Shown: positions 1-8,033 of the stretch, one piece after another | How the letters are laid out: every line of letters starts with the position of its first letter | Position numbering within the stretch: the stretch's first letter is position 1 | NCBI GenBank assembly: GCA_965237745.1 | Contig: OZ250156.1 | Span: forward strand, 3,809,426-3,873,425 | DNA from: Dehalococcoidia bacterium | GTDB lineage: Bacteria; Chloroflexota; Dehalococcoidia; Lucifugimonadales; UBA3495 | Direction: 5' to 3' | DNA: 64,000 nt | The notes under the pieces: model-generated | The model's database searches: none | Told to the model about the DNA's origin: nothing | The model's input: only the letters and a program-made list of their open reading frames with translations | Program-made: the position numbers and the translations under genes

Positions 1-1007
1 AACAGCCGGTAGCCGCGAATCAGCGCAGGAGTAGCAGAGGGAGTGTGGGCAGGACTGGGAGTTTCGGTCGAGGTGGGATCTGGTGTGGGTGGAGGAGACG
101 GGACCGGGGACGGCGGCGGGATGAGGGTTGGCGTTCGAGTTGCTGTCGCTGCAGGTGGCGAGGTGGGTACCGCAGTGGGCGTTGGAGTGACAGTCGGTGT
201 CAGATGCCTGACCATCGGAGAAGGTCGCGGCCTGGGAGTTTCCGTAGGCGACGAAACAGGTATGGGGGCTGCTGGCGAAGGCCCCTCTCGTCCCAAGGGC
301 GTTATGTGTTCTATCCGCAAGGCGCCTCCTCGGGAGGCATTTGCTGGAGATTTGTTGCGCTGGTCGATTTCCCCTTCGTCTAAAATAGCAACGGTTGTGA
401 ACAGACCAAGAGCATAAATGTTTACTTTCGCCCTGATCCAAGGTAAATCCAACGACGATGGCACCAGTGTCCAAGAAGAGGACGTTTCATCGTAACGCTG
501 GACCACAAAACGAAAAGGGTCTCCGTCTGCAATCAGGTGGTCCCTTTGGTTCAGGAGCATGGATATTGTGGCTGGGAGTGGGCTCCGGCCCAGCCATAGC
601 CTGCCCTCCGGCCCATAGACAGAGATGCGAAAGAACCGTATCGGCTGGGAGTATCCGCCCGGCAGCGGAGGAATGCGATCGGGAGGCGTCTCTTCAAACT
701 GCAGGTGCAAATTTTTCGCACGGGCCTCTTGACCGAGGGCCACTATCACTGAGCCGTCAGAGAATGTCCATCCTCCCAGGGGTGCCACTTCCCTCCGGAT
801 GGCAGTGGCACCGGCAGTTGGGAAAACAGGAATCTGTGTAAGTGCAGTGTCTTGTTGCGGAGGTCCGTCTTGCTGTCGTTCCATTGTGAGAATCACGGCC
901 GCCCCTGCGGTTATGCAGAGCGCGCATGCCATCAGACCCCGGGCGAGCAAAACGCTCCCTTTGCGAGAAAGCCTGTGCCTTAGCCTGTGGCTTAAGGAAG
1001 GGCTCAT
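1..1007 (-). CDS. Partial CDS (3' end beyond window start): signal-anchor protein with a long Pro/Thr-rich linker; not in the supplied ORF track
   Basis: Manual minus-strand translation finds no stop from 1052 down to base 1 (~350 codons). Met at 1007-1005 gives MSPSLSHRLRHRLSRKGSVLLARGLMACALCITAGAAVILT (basic N-region plus hydrophobic span). A ~200-aa non-repetitive region follows, then TPTVTPTPTAVPTSPPAATATRTPTLIPPPSPVPSPPPTPDPTSTETPSP running off the window. Track ORFs 43..417 and 45..383 (+) are its Gly-rich antisense shadows. Confidence 0.55.
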   Translation of the reverse strand, partial: MSPSLSHRLRHRLSRKGSVLLARGLMACALCITAGAAVILTMERQQDGPPQQDTALTQIPVFPTAGATAIRREVAPLGGWTFSDGSVIVALGQEARAKNLHLQFEETPPDRIPPLPGGYSQPIRFFRISVYGPEGRLWLGRSPLPATISMLLNQRDHLIADGDPFRFVVQRYDETSSSWTLVPSSLDLPWIRAKVNIYALGLFTTVAILDEGEIDQRNKSPANASRGGALRIEHITPLGREGPSPAAPIPVSSPTETPRPRPSPMVRHLTPTVTPTPTAVPTSPPAATATRTPTLIPPPSPVPSPPPTPDPTSTETPSPAHTPSATPALIRGYRL

Positions 1008-1616
1008 GATGGCATGAAACAGCAAGGCAACATTGGAGTAAGAGCCATTTACCTAGCAGCCTGTCTGAGGAACATGTAGATGGCGGGGATTGAGCCAGCG
1101 CCACGTGATGGCAACCATCCGTGCCGACCGTAGCATCCGGTCCGGTATCCCGCCAACAGGTGATGCGGCGATGGCTGGCGTCTGCTTGCGGTAATGTCCG
1201 GCGAGCTTTTGGACACCTAGCCAGCCCCCGAACCGGAACAGTTTCAGCAGGTTATGGCCGGTGCAGATGAGCAGCCACTCCCGGTTTACCTTTTCCAAGC
1301 TCCGCAGCAGGAACTGCCGGAATCCTGGCCCCTGCTTGATCTGCCCGAACACCGGCTCCACCGTCTGTTTACGCAGGCCGTAGCGCTGCTGTCCCCGTTT
1401 CGTCCGCAGCTTCCGCCGCATCCGGTCCCGGGCGGAGAGATTGGCCGGTATCCGTCCCCGGGGAGCCAGCGGTATTGACTGGCCGTGGCGAGTCTTGTCC
1501 GGTGCGACGAATGGGTCGGCGGCCAAGGCGCTCAGGCCGTCAACCGCCTTGGCCGAGTAGTAACCCCCGTCGGCGGACACCTCCTTGGGCACCGCGCCGG
1601 TGTTGCCGATAGTCTG

Positions 1617-1650
1617 CTCAATCATGGATACCGCTCAATCATGGATACCG
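1617..1650. repeat. 17-bp perfect tandem duplication (CTCAATCATGGATACCG x2) inside the transposase
   Basis: Read directly: 1617-1633 equals 1634-1650. Removing one copy joins ...AVSMIE to QTIGNTG... in frame. Confidence 0.95.
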
Positions 1651-1712
1651 CCTGTCCCTTGTCCGACGGCAAGTTGGTGGCCCGGGCCGCCACGATCACC
1701 TGGCACTCGCTG

Positions 1713-1720
1713 TCCATCCA
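1713..1720. repeat. 4-bp tandem duplication (TCCA x2) inside the transposase
   Basis: Read directly. The minus strand reads GTGGTGGATGGACAGC. Removing one TGGA gives GTG GTG GAC AGC (VVDS), joining ...QAVVD to SECQVIVAAR. Confidence 0.8.
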
Positions 1721-2623
1721 CCACCGCCTGGCAGTTGTAGGCCTGCTGGAAGTCCTTGCCGCCGGGTACGGGCATGATGCGCGAGTCGGCGTCGGTGAAG
1801 TTGCGCTGCGCCTGGTCACTGGGCACTCCCGGATGCTCCCTTCCTTCGGCTTCGGCCTGTTCCGCTGCTGCCCGAGCCGCGGCCTCCAAAGCCGCCTTGG
1901 CCTCCCTGATCTTGCGCAACCGGCTTTCCCGGAAGGCCAACTCCTCCGGCAGTTCGTCGCCACACTTGTCCCTGCCGTCCTCCTCGTCATCGACCTCTTG
2001 GGCCCGCCGGAGCAGTTCATCCACCTCGGCCGCCAGTTGCTCCTCCTTCTCTTTCATACGTCCGTAGCTCATGGGCTTGTGCTTCGATGCGTTGACCCTA
2101 ACCTTGGTCCCGTCCAGAGCCACGTGGCCCAGCTTCACCAGTCCCGCCTGTTGGCACAGGGCCAGCACCTGCAAGAACAGTTCCGCCAGCGCCGCCAGGT
2201 GGTCCTTGCGAAAGTCGGAGACGGTGCGGAGGTCCGGGGTGTTGTTGGCCGCCAACACCCGGAAGGCGATGTCCTCGTGCAGGCGCAGGGCCAAGCGCCG
2301 CGAGGAGGCCACCCCGGTGCAGTAGCCGTAGAGCAGCACCTTGACCATCATCCCGGGGTGATAGGGAGGGCCGCCCCGCCTCTCCTCATAACGGGCCCTG
2401 ATGTCCGAGAGGTCAAGCTGATCCGCGACGTCGGAGATGAAGTAGGCCAGGTGGTCCGGCGGCAGCCATTCCTGCAGCGCCGCCGGCAGCAGCAACTGCT
2501 GCTCCGGATCGTAGGGACGAAAGGTCTTGCTCATCAATGCCTATCCTCGCCGGATATTCGCCCCATCATACCCCCACCGAGATACCCCCACCGAGTCGCC
2601 AACCGTGTTTCTCGGACGGGCTG

Positions 2624-2777
2624 CTAGTATTACAACGTCGGTTGTAATCGAAAGGCTGCTGATGTGCGGATTTTGAGGCTGGCAATATGCGGGCACGAGC
2701 CTCTGACAACAAAGGCTCTGTAGCTGGAGAGGTAAACCCCCGGCCCGGTTTCGCTCGATACGTCGTTGTAATACTAG
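2624..2777. repeat. 154-bp element bounded by perfect 14-bp inverted repeats (MITE-like or REP-like), abutting the IS right end
   Basis: CTAGTATTACAACG (2624-2637) and its exact reverse complement CGTTGTAATACTAG (2764-2777) are 126 bp apart. The first arm also forms a local 8-bp hairpin ATTACAAC/GTTGTAAT (2629-2648). Confidence 0.5.
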
Positions 2778-3103
2778 CCCGTTACTCAAGCAGTTGTCCC
2801 GCGGATTGAAGGATGCCGAATGCCGGATTCTGGAGCCTATGGTTTCTCCCGTCAAGTTGACGCGCCGCCAGTGGCGTAGCGAATTAAAGAAAGCCGGTGG
2901 ATGCCCGTACCTTCAACGTCCAACGTCGTGTTGGCGGAAATGAGAGACAGCCGCTTACTCATTCAGTCCAGACGCACTCAAGACGCGTTTTTTCCGCATG
3001 GGACGGATTTCTGTTTGCATTTGACGGTTGTATACTCCATAATCCACTGACTTTCAGTCTTGGGACGTGCGAGTTCGTCTGAATCGAGTCGTGCGGACAG
3101 GTA

Positions 3104-4183
3104 ATGTTTGATGTGCCGCATGGGCGGCAGGAAGGAGGTCTCTTGGCTACCCTGCTTGAAGTCAAGGACTTGCGTACTCATTTCTTCACCATGGACGGAA
3201 TCGTAAAAGCCGTGGATGGCGTCTCCTACGACTTGGAGGAAGGGGAGACGCTGGGCTTGGTCGGAGAGAGTGGTTGCGGCAAGAGTGTAAGCGCTCTGTC
3301 GCTTATGCGGCTCATCCCGGATCCACCGGGCAAAATCGTCGACGGCGAGGTCTTCCTGGACGGTGAGGACATCCTGAAGATCGATATGAACGAAATGCGT
3401 AACGTCAGAGGCGCGAAGATGTCCATGGTCTTCCAGGAGCCGATGACCTCTCTCAATCCAGTGTTGACGATCGAGAGACAACTGACCGAAACGCTTCAAT
3501 TGCACATGGGCATGAACAAGGCGGAATCCCGCCGCGAGGGGATAAACCTTCTCGCTCGCGTGGGTATCCCCGACCCGGAACAGCGAATCAAGCAATATCC
3601 TCATCAGTTCAGCGGAGGAATGAGGCAGCGCGTCATGATTGCGATGGCGCTGAGCTGCAACCCTCGACTGATCATTGCGGACGAGCCGACCACCGCGCTG
3701 GACGTGACCATTCAGGCTCAAATCCTGGAGTTGATGAAGTCGCTGACCACCGAATTCGGGGTGGCGCTCATCGTTATCACTCACAACCTTGGCGTTGTAG
3801 CCCGATATGCCGACCGTGTCAACATCATGTACGCCGGGCGAATAATCGAGAGAGGCACCGCCCGGGAGATTTACGCCAATCCCAGGCACCCGTACACAGT
3901 GGGCCTGCTTCGCTCTGTTCCGCGACTGGACCTGCCGCGGCGGGCTAGGCTGGACCCCATTGAGGGCCAACCGCCAGACTTGGTGCGCCTTCCTCAGGGT
4001 TGCGCGTTCAGGGCTCGGTGTCGCTGGGCCATTGACAAGTGCGCTACCGATATGCCGTTACTGGGTGAGGTTAGCGACAACCACTGGTCTGCCTGCTGGC
4101 GATCTGAGGACTTGGGCGCCGCCGCCGTAGACTTCCTGGGTGGCTCTGAGTACGCTGAAGACGAAGACTCCGCCGGAGATTAG
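3104..4183 (+). CDS. oppD: Oligopeptide/dipeptide ABC transporter ATP-binding protein (OppD/DppD type)
   Basis: LLEVKDL...[15 protein letters not shown] (Walker A), FSGGMRQR (signature), [12 protein letters not shown] (Walker B), and a C-terminal Opp-type extension with [14 protein letters not shown]. Confidence 0.9.
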   Translation: MFDVPHGRQEGGLLATLLEVKDLRTHFFTMDGIVKAVDGVSYDLEEGETLGLVGESGCGKSVSALSLMRLIPDPPGKIVDGEVFLDGEDILKIDMNEMRNVRGAKMSMVFQEPMTSLNPVLTIERQLTETLQLHMGMNKAESRREGINLLARVGIPDPEQRIKQYPHQFSGGMRQRVMIAMALSCNPRLIIADEPTTALDVTIQAQILELMKSLTTEFGVALIVITHNLGVVARYADRVNIMYAGRIIERGTAREIYANPRHPYTVGLLRSVPRLDLPRRARLDPIEGQPPDLVRLPQGCAFRARCRWAIDKCATDMPLLGEVSDNHWSACWRSEDLGAAAVDFLGGSEYAEDEDSAGD

Positions 4184-4188
4184 AATCG

Positions 4189-5232
4189 ATGACGACGATG
4201 ACGGAACCCGCACCGCAATCCGCCTCGCCGCAGCGGGATAACGACATACTGCTGGAAGTGAACAATCTCAAGATGTATTTCCCGGTAACCTCGGGAATGC
4301 TGTTCCAGAGAACCGTAGCCTACGTCAAGGCAGTGGACGATTTGAGCTTTACCGTGAGGCGAGGCGAGACGCTGGGCCTTGTGGGAGAGAGCGGCTGCGG
4401 CAAGACCACGACCGGGCGATGCATCCTGCAGCTGTACAAGCCCACCGACGGGCAGGTCTTGTTCGAGGGTCAAGACCTCACAAAGCTCGGAACAAAGCAG
4501 ATGCGCGCAATGCGACGGGAGATGCAGGTCATCTTCCAGGATCCATACAGTTCACTGAACCCTCGGATGACCGCAGGGAACATAATCGGCGAGCCTCTCA
4601 TAGTGCATGGTCTGGTGCACGGCAAGGCCGAATATCGGGAACGAGTGGCAGACCTGCTTCAGAATGTGGGCCTGAACCCATATATGGCCGACCGGTTCCC
4701 TCACGAGTTCAGCGGCGGACAGCGCCAGCGCATCGGAGTGGCCCGCGCCCTGTCTGTCAGTCCCAAGTTCATCGTAGCCGACGAACCTGTATCGGCATTG
4801 GACGTGTCGATCCAGGCGCAGATAATCAACCTTCTTGAGGAGCTGCAGGAGCAGTTCAACCTGACCTATCTGTTCATCGCCCACGACCTCTCCGTGGTCC
4901 GCCACATCAGCGACCGGGTGGGCGTGATGTATCTGGGCCACATGGTTGAGATTGCCGAGCGCAACGAGGTATATCGCAACCCGATGCATCCTTACACCAA
5001 GGCGTTGCTCTCCGCTGTGCCCATTCCAGACCCAATCCTGGACGCGCAGAGGGAACGGGTCCTGCTGACTGGAGAGGTGCCGAGTCCTCTCAACCCACCG
5101 TCGGGCTGCGTATTCCATCCCCGCTGCCCCATCGCCGATGAAACCTGCAGTCAAGTGACCCCAGAGTTGCGTGAGATCACTGCTGAACACTGGGCCTCCT
5201 GTCTGAAGGTTGAGGGTTACGGCGCTTATTAG
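4189..5232 (+). CDS. oppF: Oligopeptide/dipeptide ABC transporter ATP-binding protein (OppF/DppF type)
   Basis: [43 protein letters not shown] and C-terminal [14 protein letters not shown]. Lies 5 nt after oppD. Confidence 0.9.
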   Translation: MTTMTEPAPQSASPQRDNDILLEVNNLKMYFPVTSGMLFQRTVAYVKAVDDLSFTVRRGETLGLVGESGCGKTTTGRCILQLYKPTDGQVLFEGQDLTKLGTKQMRAMRREMQVIFQDPYSSLNPRMTAGNIIGEPLIVHGLVHGKAEYRERVADLLQNVGLNPYMADRFPHEFSGGQRQRIGVARALSVSPKFIVADEPVSALDVSIQAQIINLLEELQEQFNLTYLFIAHDLSVVRHISDRVGVMYLGHMVEIAERNEVYRNPMHPYTKALLSAVPIPDPILDAQRERVLLTGEVPSPLNPPSGCVFHPRCPIADETCSQVTPELREITAEHWASCLKVEGYGAY

Positions 5233-5263
5233 CTAACCGTCTGGCTTGACTTTTCGGATGTTT

Positions 5264-5299
5264 GAACCCCTGCGCCTGTGCGCAGGGGTTCGCTTTTTC
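5264..5299 (+). terminator. Rho-independent terminator after oppF
   Basis: Perfect 12-bp stem GAACCCCTGCGC / GCGCAGGGGTTC with loop CTGT, followed by GCTTTTTCT. Confidence 0.8.
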
Positions 5300-5360
5300 T
5301 GAGGAATAATTCGCTGGACGCAAGTTTACCAACGTCACCAGGCTGGCTCCGCAATTTCGG

Positions 5361-7109
5361 TCAGTCAGCGGGATCCGCTACCATTCTGCGCGCCTCCTCC
5401 CTGATTTCGTCCATCAGTGCGACCAGTTCCAGAATCTCATTGCTGGAGACCATCCCCAGAAACTGGCCCGTGCTCCTGTCTGTGACCGGAATAATCGTCA
5501 GGGAGTTTTCAGCCATTCGCTCCAGCGCGTCCTGGATCGGTTCATCAGGATTGGAGTGGGGCGGTCCGCGACGCATGAGAGACCTCAACGGAATGTCGCC
5601 AAAGGAACCCTTACGCCAGAAGAACAGCCTGCGACGGGAATTGACCCTGGTCAGCGACACGGTCCCCACCGGCGCTCCGCGTTCTATTATCAGATAATCA
5701 GTCTGGTTTGGGACAATCCAATCTCTCAAGAAGTCGCTAACAGAGATATTAGGATCGGGGTAAGTGCGCGAACGGTCAATGACTGAACCAACCATTACCC
5801 CCGCAAGCGCGTGGCGGGCAAAAGCCGGCACCATTGTCTGCGGCTGGGACACCTTCTCCGGCGGCTTGGCCCTCCTGATGGCGGCGGCGATGATGGGTGG
5901 CATCAGCAGGATGTAACCAAACATTATGATGACAAGTAGCGAAAAGACATCCTGCTCAATCACCTCGGTTTCCCGCAACACCAGGAGGAGTGCGATCTCG
6001 GCCACACCCTTTCCCATCAGTCCCACCGATAGAACTATCGGCGTGTCCAACCTGGCGAGGTAAGTGCCAACGAACGAGGCCAATATCTTGCCAGCCATGG
6101 GGATAAACAGAAGTCCTATGATGGTCATCGGCGGAAGGTGGATAAACGAAAAGTCCAGGTACAGGCCGGCGGAGGCAAAAAACAGCGGAACGAATAGCCC
6201 CTCTGCCGTGCTGCGCATCCCGGGCATGATGTCTTCCCGCATACGGTGGGGCAGACCTGAGAGCGCGGCTCCAAACAGCAGGGCGCCCAGCGAACCGTGC
6301 AGCCCGCCATACTTTTCTGTTCCCACAACTACCAGGAACAGGCCGCCAATCAACAGGCCGTAGGACAACTCTGGCACGTTCAGGAACCGCTGCAACATTG
6401 CCATAACCCTGGGCAGGACCTTCGCCGACACAACCCATATGACAATTGTGGCGCCGGCTACCTTGCCCATTAGCTCCAGCACGCCCAATACGCTGAAGAC
6501 TTGGTGTTCCTCCTCTCCGATGGTGAGACCGACTATGAGGAGAGCGAGAACCTCCGCGATAATCACCGCCGTGAATATCCTCAGGCCGATCAGTTCCTTG
6601 AGCAGGCCCTTGTCGGCCAGAACCTTTGCCACCAAGCCCAGGCTGGACAGGGAAAGAATTCCGGCAAGGGACAGCGCCTTGTTAAATTCCAGACCCAAGG
6701 CAAAACTCAAGCCGGTCAGGTCTGAAGTGACTATGAGCGATACCAGGATGGAGATCAGCACAGCCGCCGTGGCGGCCACGAAATACCGCCCTCGAATGGT
6801 GGCCATGAAACCTGGGATGTCAATTTCGTCGAGGCCAATCAGGAAGAAAAAGATGAAGACGCCTATGTCCAGAAATAACTGAATACTGGGCGTTACTTCC
6901 ACCAGCCCCGTGACCGGACCCAGAATGATTCCTGCCACGGTGTAGGCAACTATCGAACTGAGGCCAAGGCGGCTGAAGACGCCCTCGCACAGCTTTGCCA
7001 CCACTATCAGCAAGCCAATGAATAGCAGGGCTTCGAAGGGGCCTCCGGCGACTCCCGCGAAAGGAACGCCGATAGGCAAGCCGAGTATCACTGGCGTATC
7101 TGTAACCAA
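5361..7109 (-). CDS. Cation:proton antiporter (Na+/H+ exchanger family) with a C-terminal CBS-pair-like domain
   Basis: 582 aa. About 400 aa of repeated hydrophobic spans typical of CPA exchangers, then a soluble tail (...NSLTIIPVTDRSTGQFLGMVSSNEILELV) resembling CBS domains. Confidence 0.8.
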   Translation of the reverse strand: MVTDTPVILGLPIGVPFAGVAGGPFEALLFIGLLIVVAKLCEGVFSRLGLSSIVAYTVAGIILGPVTGLVEVTPSIQLFLDIGVFIFFFLIGLDEIDIPGFMATIRGRYFVAATAAVLISILVSLIVTSDLTGLSFALGLEFNKALSLAGILSLSSLGLVAKVLADKGLLKELIGLRIFTAVIIAEVLALLIVGLTIGEEEHQVFSVLGVLELMGKVAGATIVIWVVSAKVLPRVMAMLQRFLNVPELSYGLLIGGLFLVVVGTEKYGGLHGSLGALLFGAALSGLPHRMREDIMPGMRSTAEGLFVPLFFASAGLYLDFSFIHLPPMTIIGLLFIPMAGKILASFVGTYLARLDTPIVLSVGLMGKGVAEIALLLVLRETEVIEQDVFSLLVIIMFGYILLMPPIIAAAIRRAKPPEKVSQPQTMVPAFARHALAGVMVGSVIDRSRTYPDPNISVSDFLRDWIVPNQTDYLIIERGAPVGTVSLTRVNSRRRLFFWRKGSFGDIPLRSLMRRGPPHSNPDEPIQDALERMAENSLTIIPVTDRSTGQFLGMVSSNEILELVALMDEIREEARRMVADPAD

Positions 7110-7502
7110 TCCTCAGGGACTCCTGTTGAAAATAACCTCGGACCATTTTAGACCATATCGGTAGGTGCATATCAACCAGCTATCGAAACATTGCAGGAAT
7201 TCCCACTAACTGCAGGTCATGTACAAGGCAATGCTCCGGCCGCCAAGCACCTTAAAGAAAGCAGCCATATTGTCATGCTCACCAAGACTTGCAGACCTTG
7301 TTCCTTCAAGCCATCAACAGTAAGGGTCACCGGGAAGCCCATAACTAACAAGCGCCGAAATGACGATGTAGAATCAGGGACGTGCTGAAGTGCCCAACTT
7401 CATCGTCCGGGCACCCAGACGGTAACGAGGAGAACCCAGATCAACTACTATCCTGCAGCACAATGGCGGCTGGAGCCCATCCGAAGTACAGGACGACCGA
7501 CA

Positions 7503-7967
7503 ATGCCAAAGACCATATATCTGGCCAACCCTTACGGTTTTTCTACGCAGCAGAGGGCCCTACTGCTGCCTCCACTAGTGACGGCGTTGGAGGAACTCGG
7601 CCTGGAGGTGTGGGAGCCTTTCGCCCGCAACAATCAGGTGGACTTCGATGAGGAGGGCTGGGCCTACTTGGTCGGCCAAAGGGACTTCAACGACGTCGTC
7701 GAGTCCGACGCCACTTTCGCCGTGGTAAACGGTGTGCCGCCGGACGAGGGGGTGATGGTGGAATTGGGGATGGCGATCGCTCTGAAGAAACCCACGTTTC
7801 TGTTCAGGGACGATTTTCGAAGGGCCACCGACAGCGAACACTATCCGCTGAACCTCATGCTGTTCACGGGAATGCCGAAGAAAGGCTGGGAGGACTACTA
7901 CTACAAATCAGTGGAGGAAATCGCCTCTCCCGGCAAGGCCCTTGCGCGATGGGCGAGAAGCCCTTGA
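7503..7967 (+). CDS. Nucleoside 2-deoxyribosyltransferase family protein
   Basis: 154 aa with KTIYLANPYGFS...ATFAVVNGVPPDEGVMVELGMAIALKKPTFLF, the pattern of the NDT family. Confidence 0.75.
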   Translation: MPKTIYLANPYGFSTQQRALLLPPLVTALEELGLEVWEPFARNNQVDFDEEGWAYLVGQRDFNDVVESDATFAVVNGVPPDEGVMVELGMAIALKKPTFLFRDDFRRATDSEHYPLNLMLFTGMPKKGWEDYYYKSVEEIASPGKALARWARSP

Positions 7968-8033
7968 GACTACCAGACGAGAGACCACGTCAGCACGCCG
8001 GGCGTGGTACGAGAAGTCGAATGAGAAACGCCC

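Larger units (their letters stand above)
1053..2537 (-). pseudogene. DDE transposase (IS1182-like; N-terminal InsH/DUF772-type domain plus C-terminal DDE domain) split into three frames
   Basis: Three ORFs each carry part of one transposase: 1635..2537 (YHPGMMVKVLLYGYCTGVASSRRLA...), 1622..2020 (tail SECQVIVAARATNLPSDKGQAVSMIE) and 1053..1625 (QTIGNTGAVPKEVSADGGYYS...EPVFGQIKQGPGFRQFLLRSLEKVNREWLLICTGHNLLKL). The frame changes coincide with the tandem duplications at 1713-1720 and 1617-1650. Confidence 0.8.
1053..2627 (-). mobile_element. IS1182/IS5-superfamily insertion sequence (~1.57 kb) with an inactivated transposase
   Basis: Terminal inverted repeats: CTAGCAGCCTGTCTGAGGAACATG (1053-1076) matches the reverse complement of 2604-2627 at 20/24 positions. 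Both tips are CTAG, which is either the IR tip or a 4-bp CTAG target duplication as in IS5-type elements. The element encloses the DDE transposase ORFs. Confidence 0.85.

Noticed and set aside
43-417. Gly-rich plus-strand ORFs (MWAGLGVSVEVGSGVGGGDGTGDGGG...) at the left edge
   Set aside because: These are low-complexity antisense shadows of the Pro/Thr-rich linker encoded on the minus strand. There is no start context and no recognisable domain.
1617-1720. Programmed ribosomal frameshifting as the explanation for the split transposase
   Set aside because: The frame changes coincide with perfect tandem duplications, not slippery heptamers. The family normally encodes a single ORF, and two compensating shifts with an intervening stop are not a known recoding arrangement.
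1485-2627. Long antisense ORFs opposite real genes: 1485..2627, 29536..30798, 34695..35747, 38735..39826, 40385..41539, 43853..45259, 46684..48000, 50952..52061, 52383..53426
   Set aside because: These are typical high-GC shadow ORFs, rich in Arg/Gly/Pro/His with no recognisable motifs. Each lies opposite a gene with clear family signatures.
2541-2915. Possibility that the IS split the left-edge gene: the minus-strand frame stays open across the IS junction for ~95 codons (track ORF 2541..2855)
   Set aside because: The upstream translation is Cys/Arg-rich and protein-unlike. The downstream part has its own Met followed by a signal-anchor-like N-terminus at 1007. I treat the open frame as a GC-driven coincidence.
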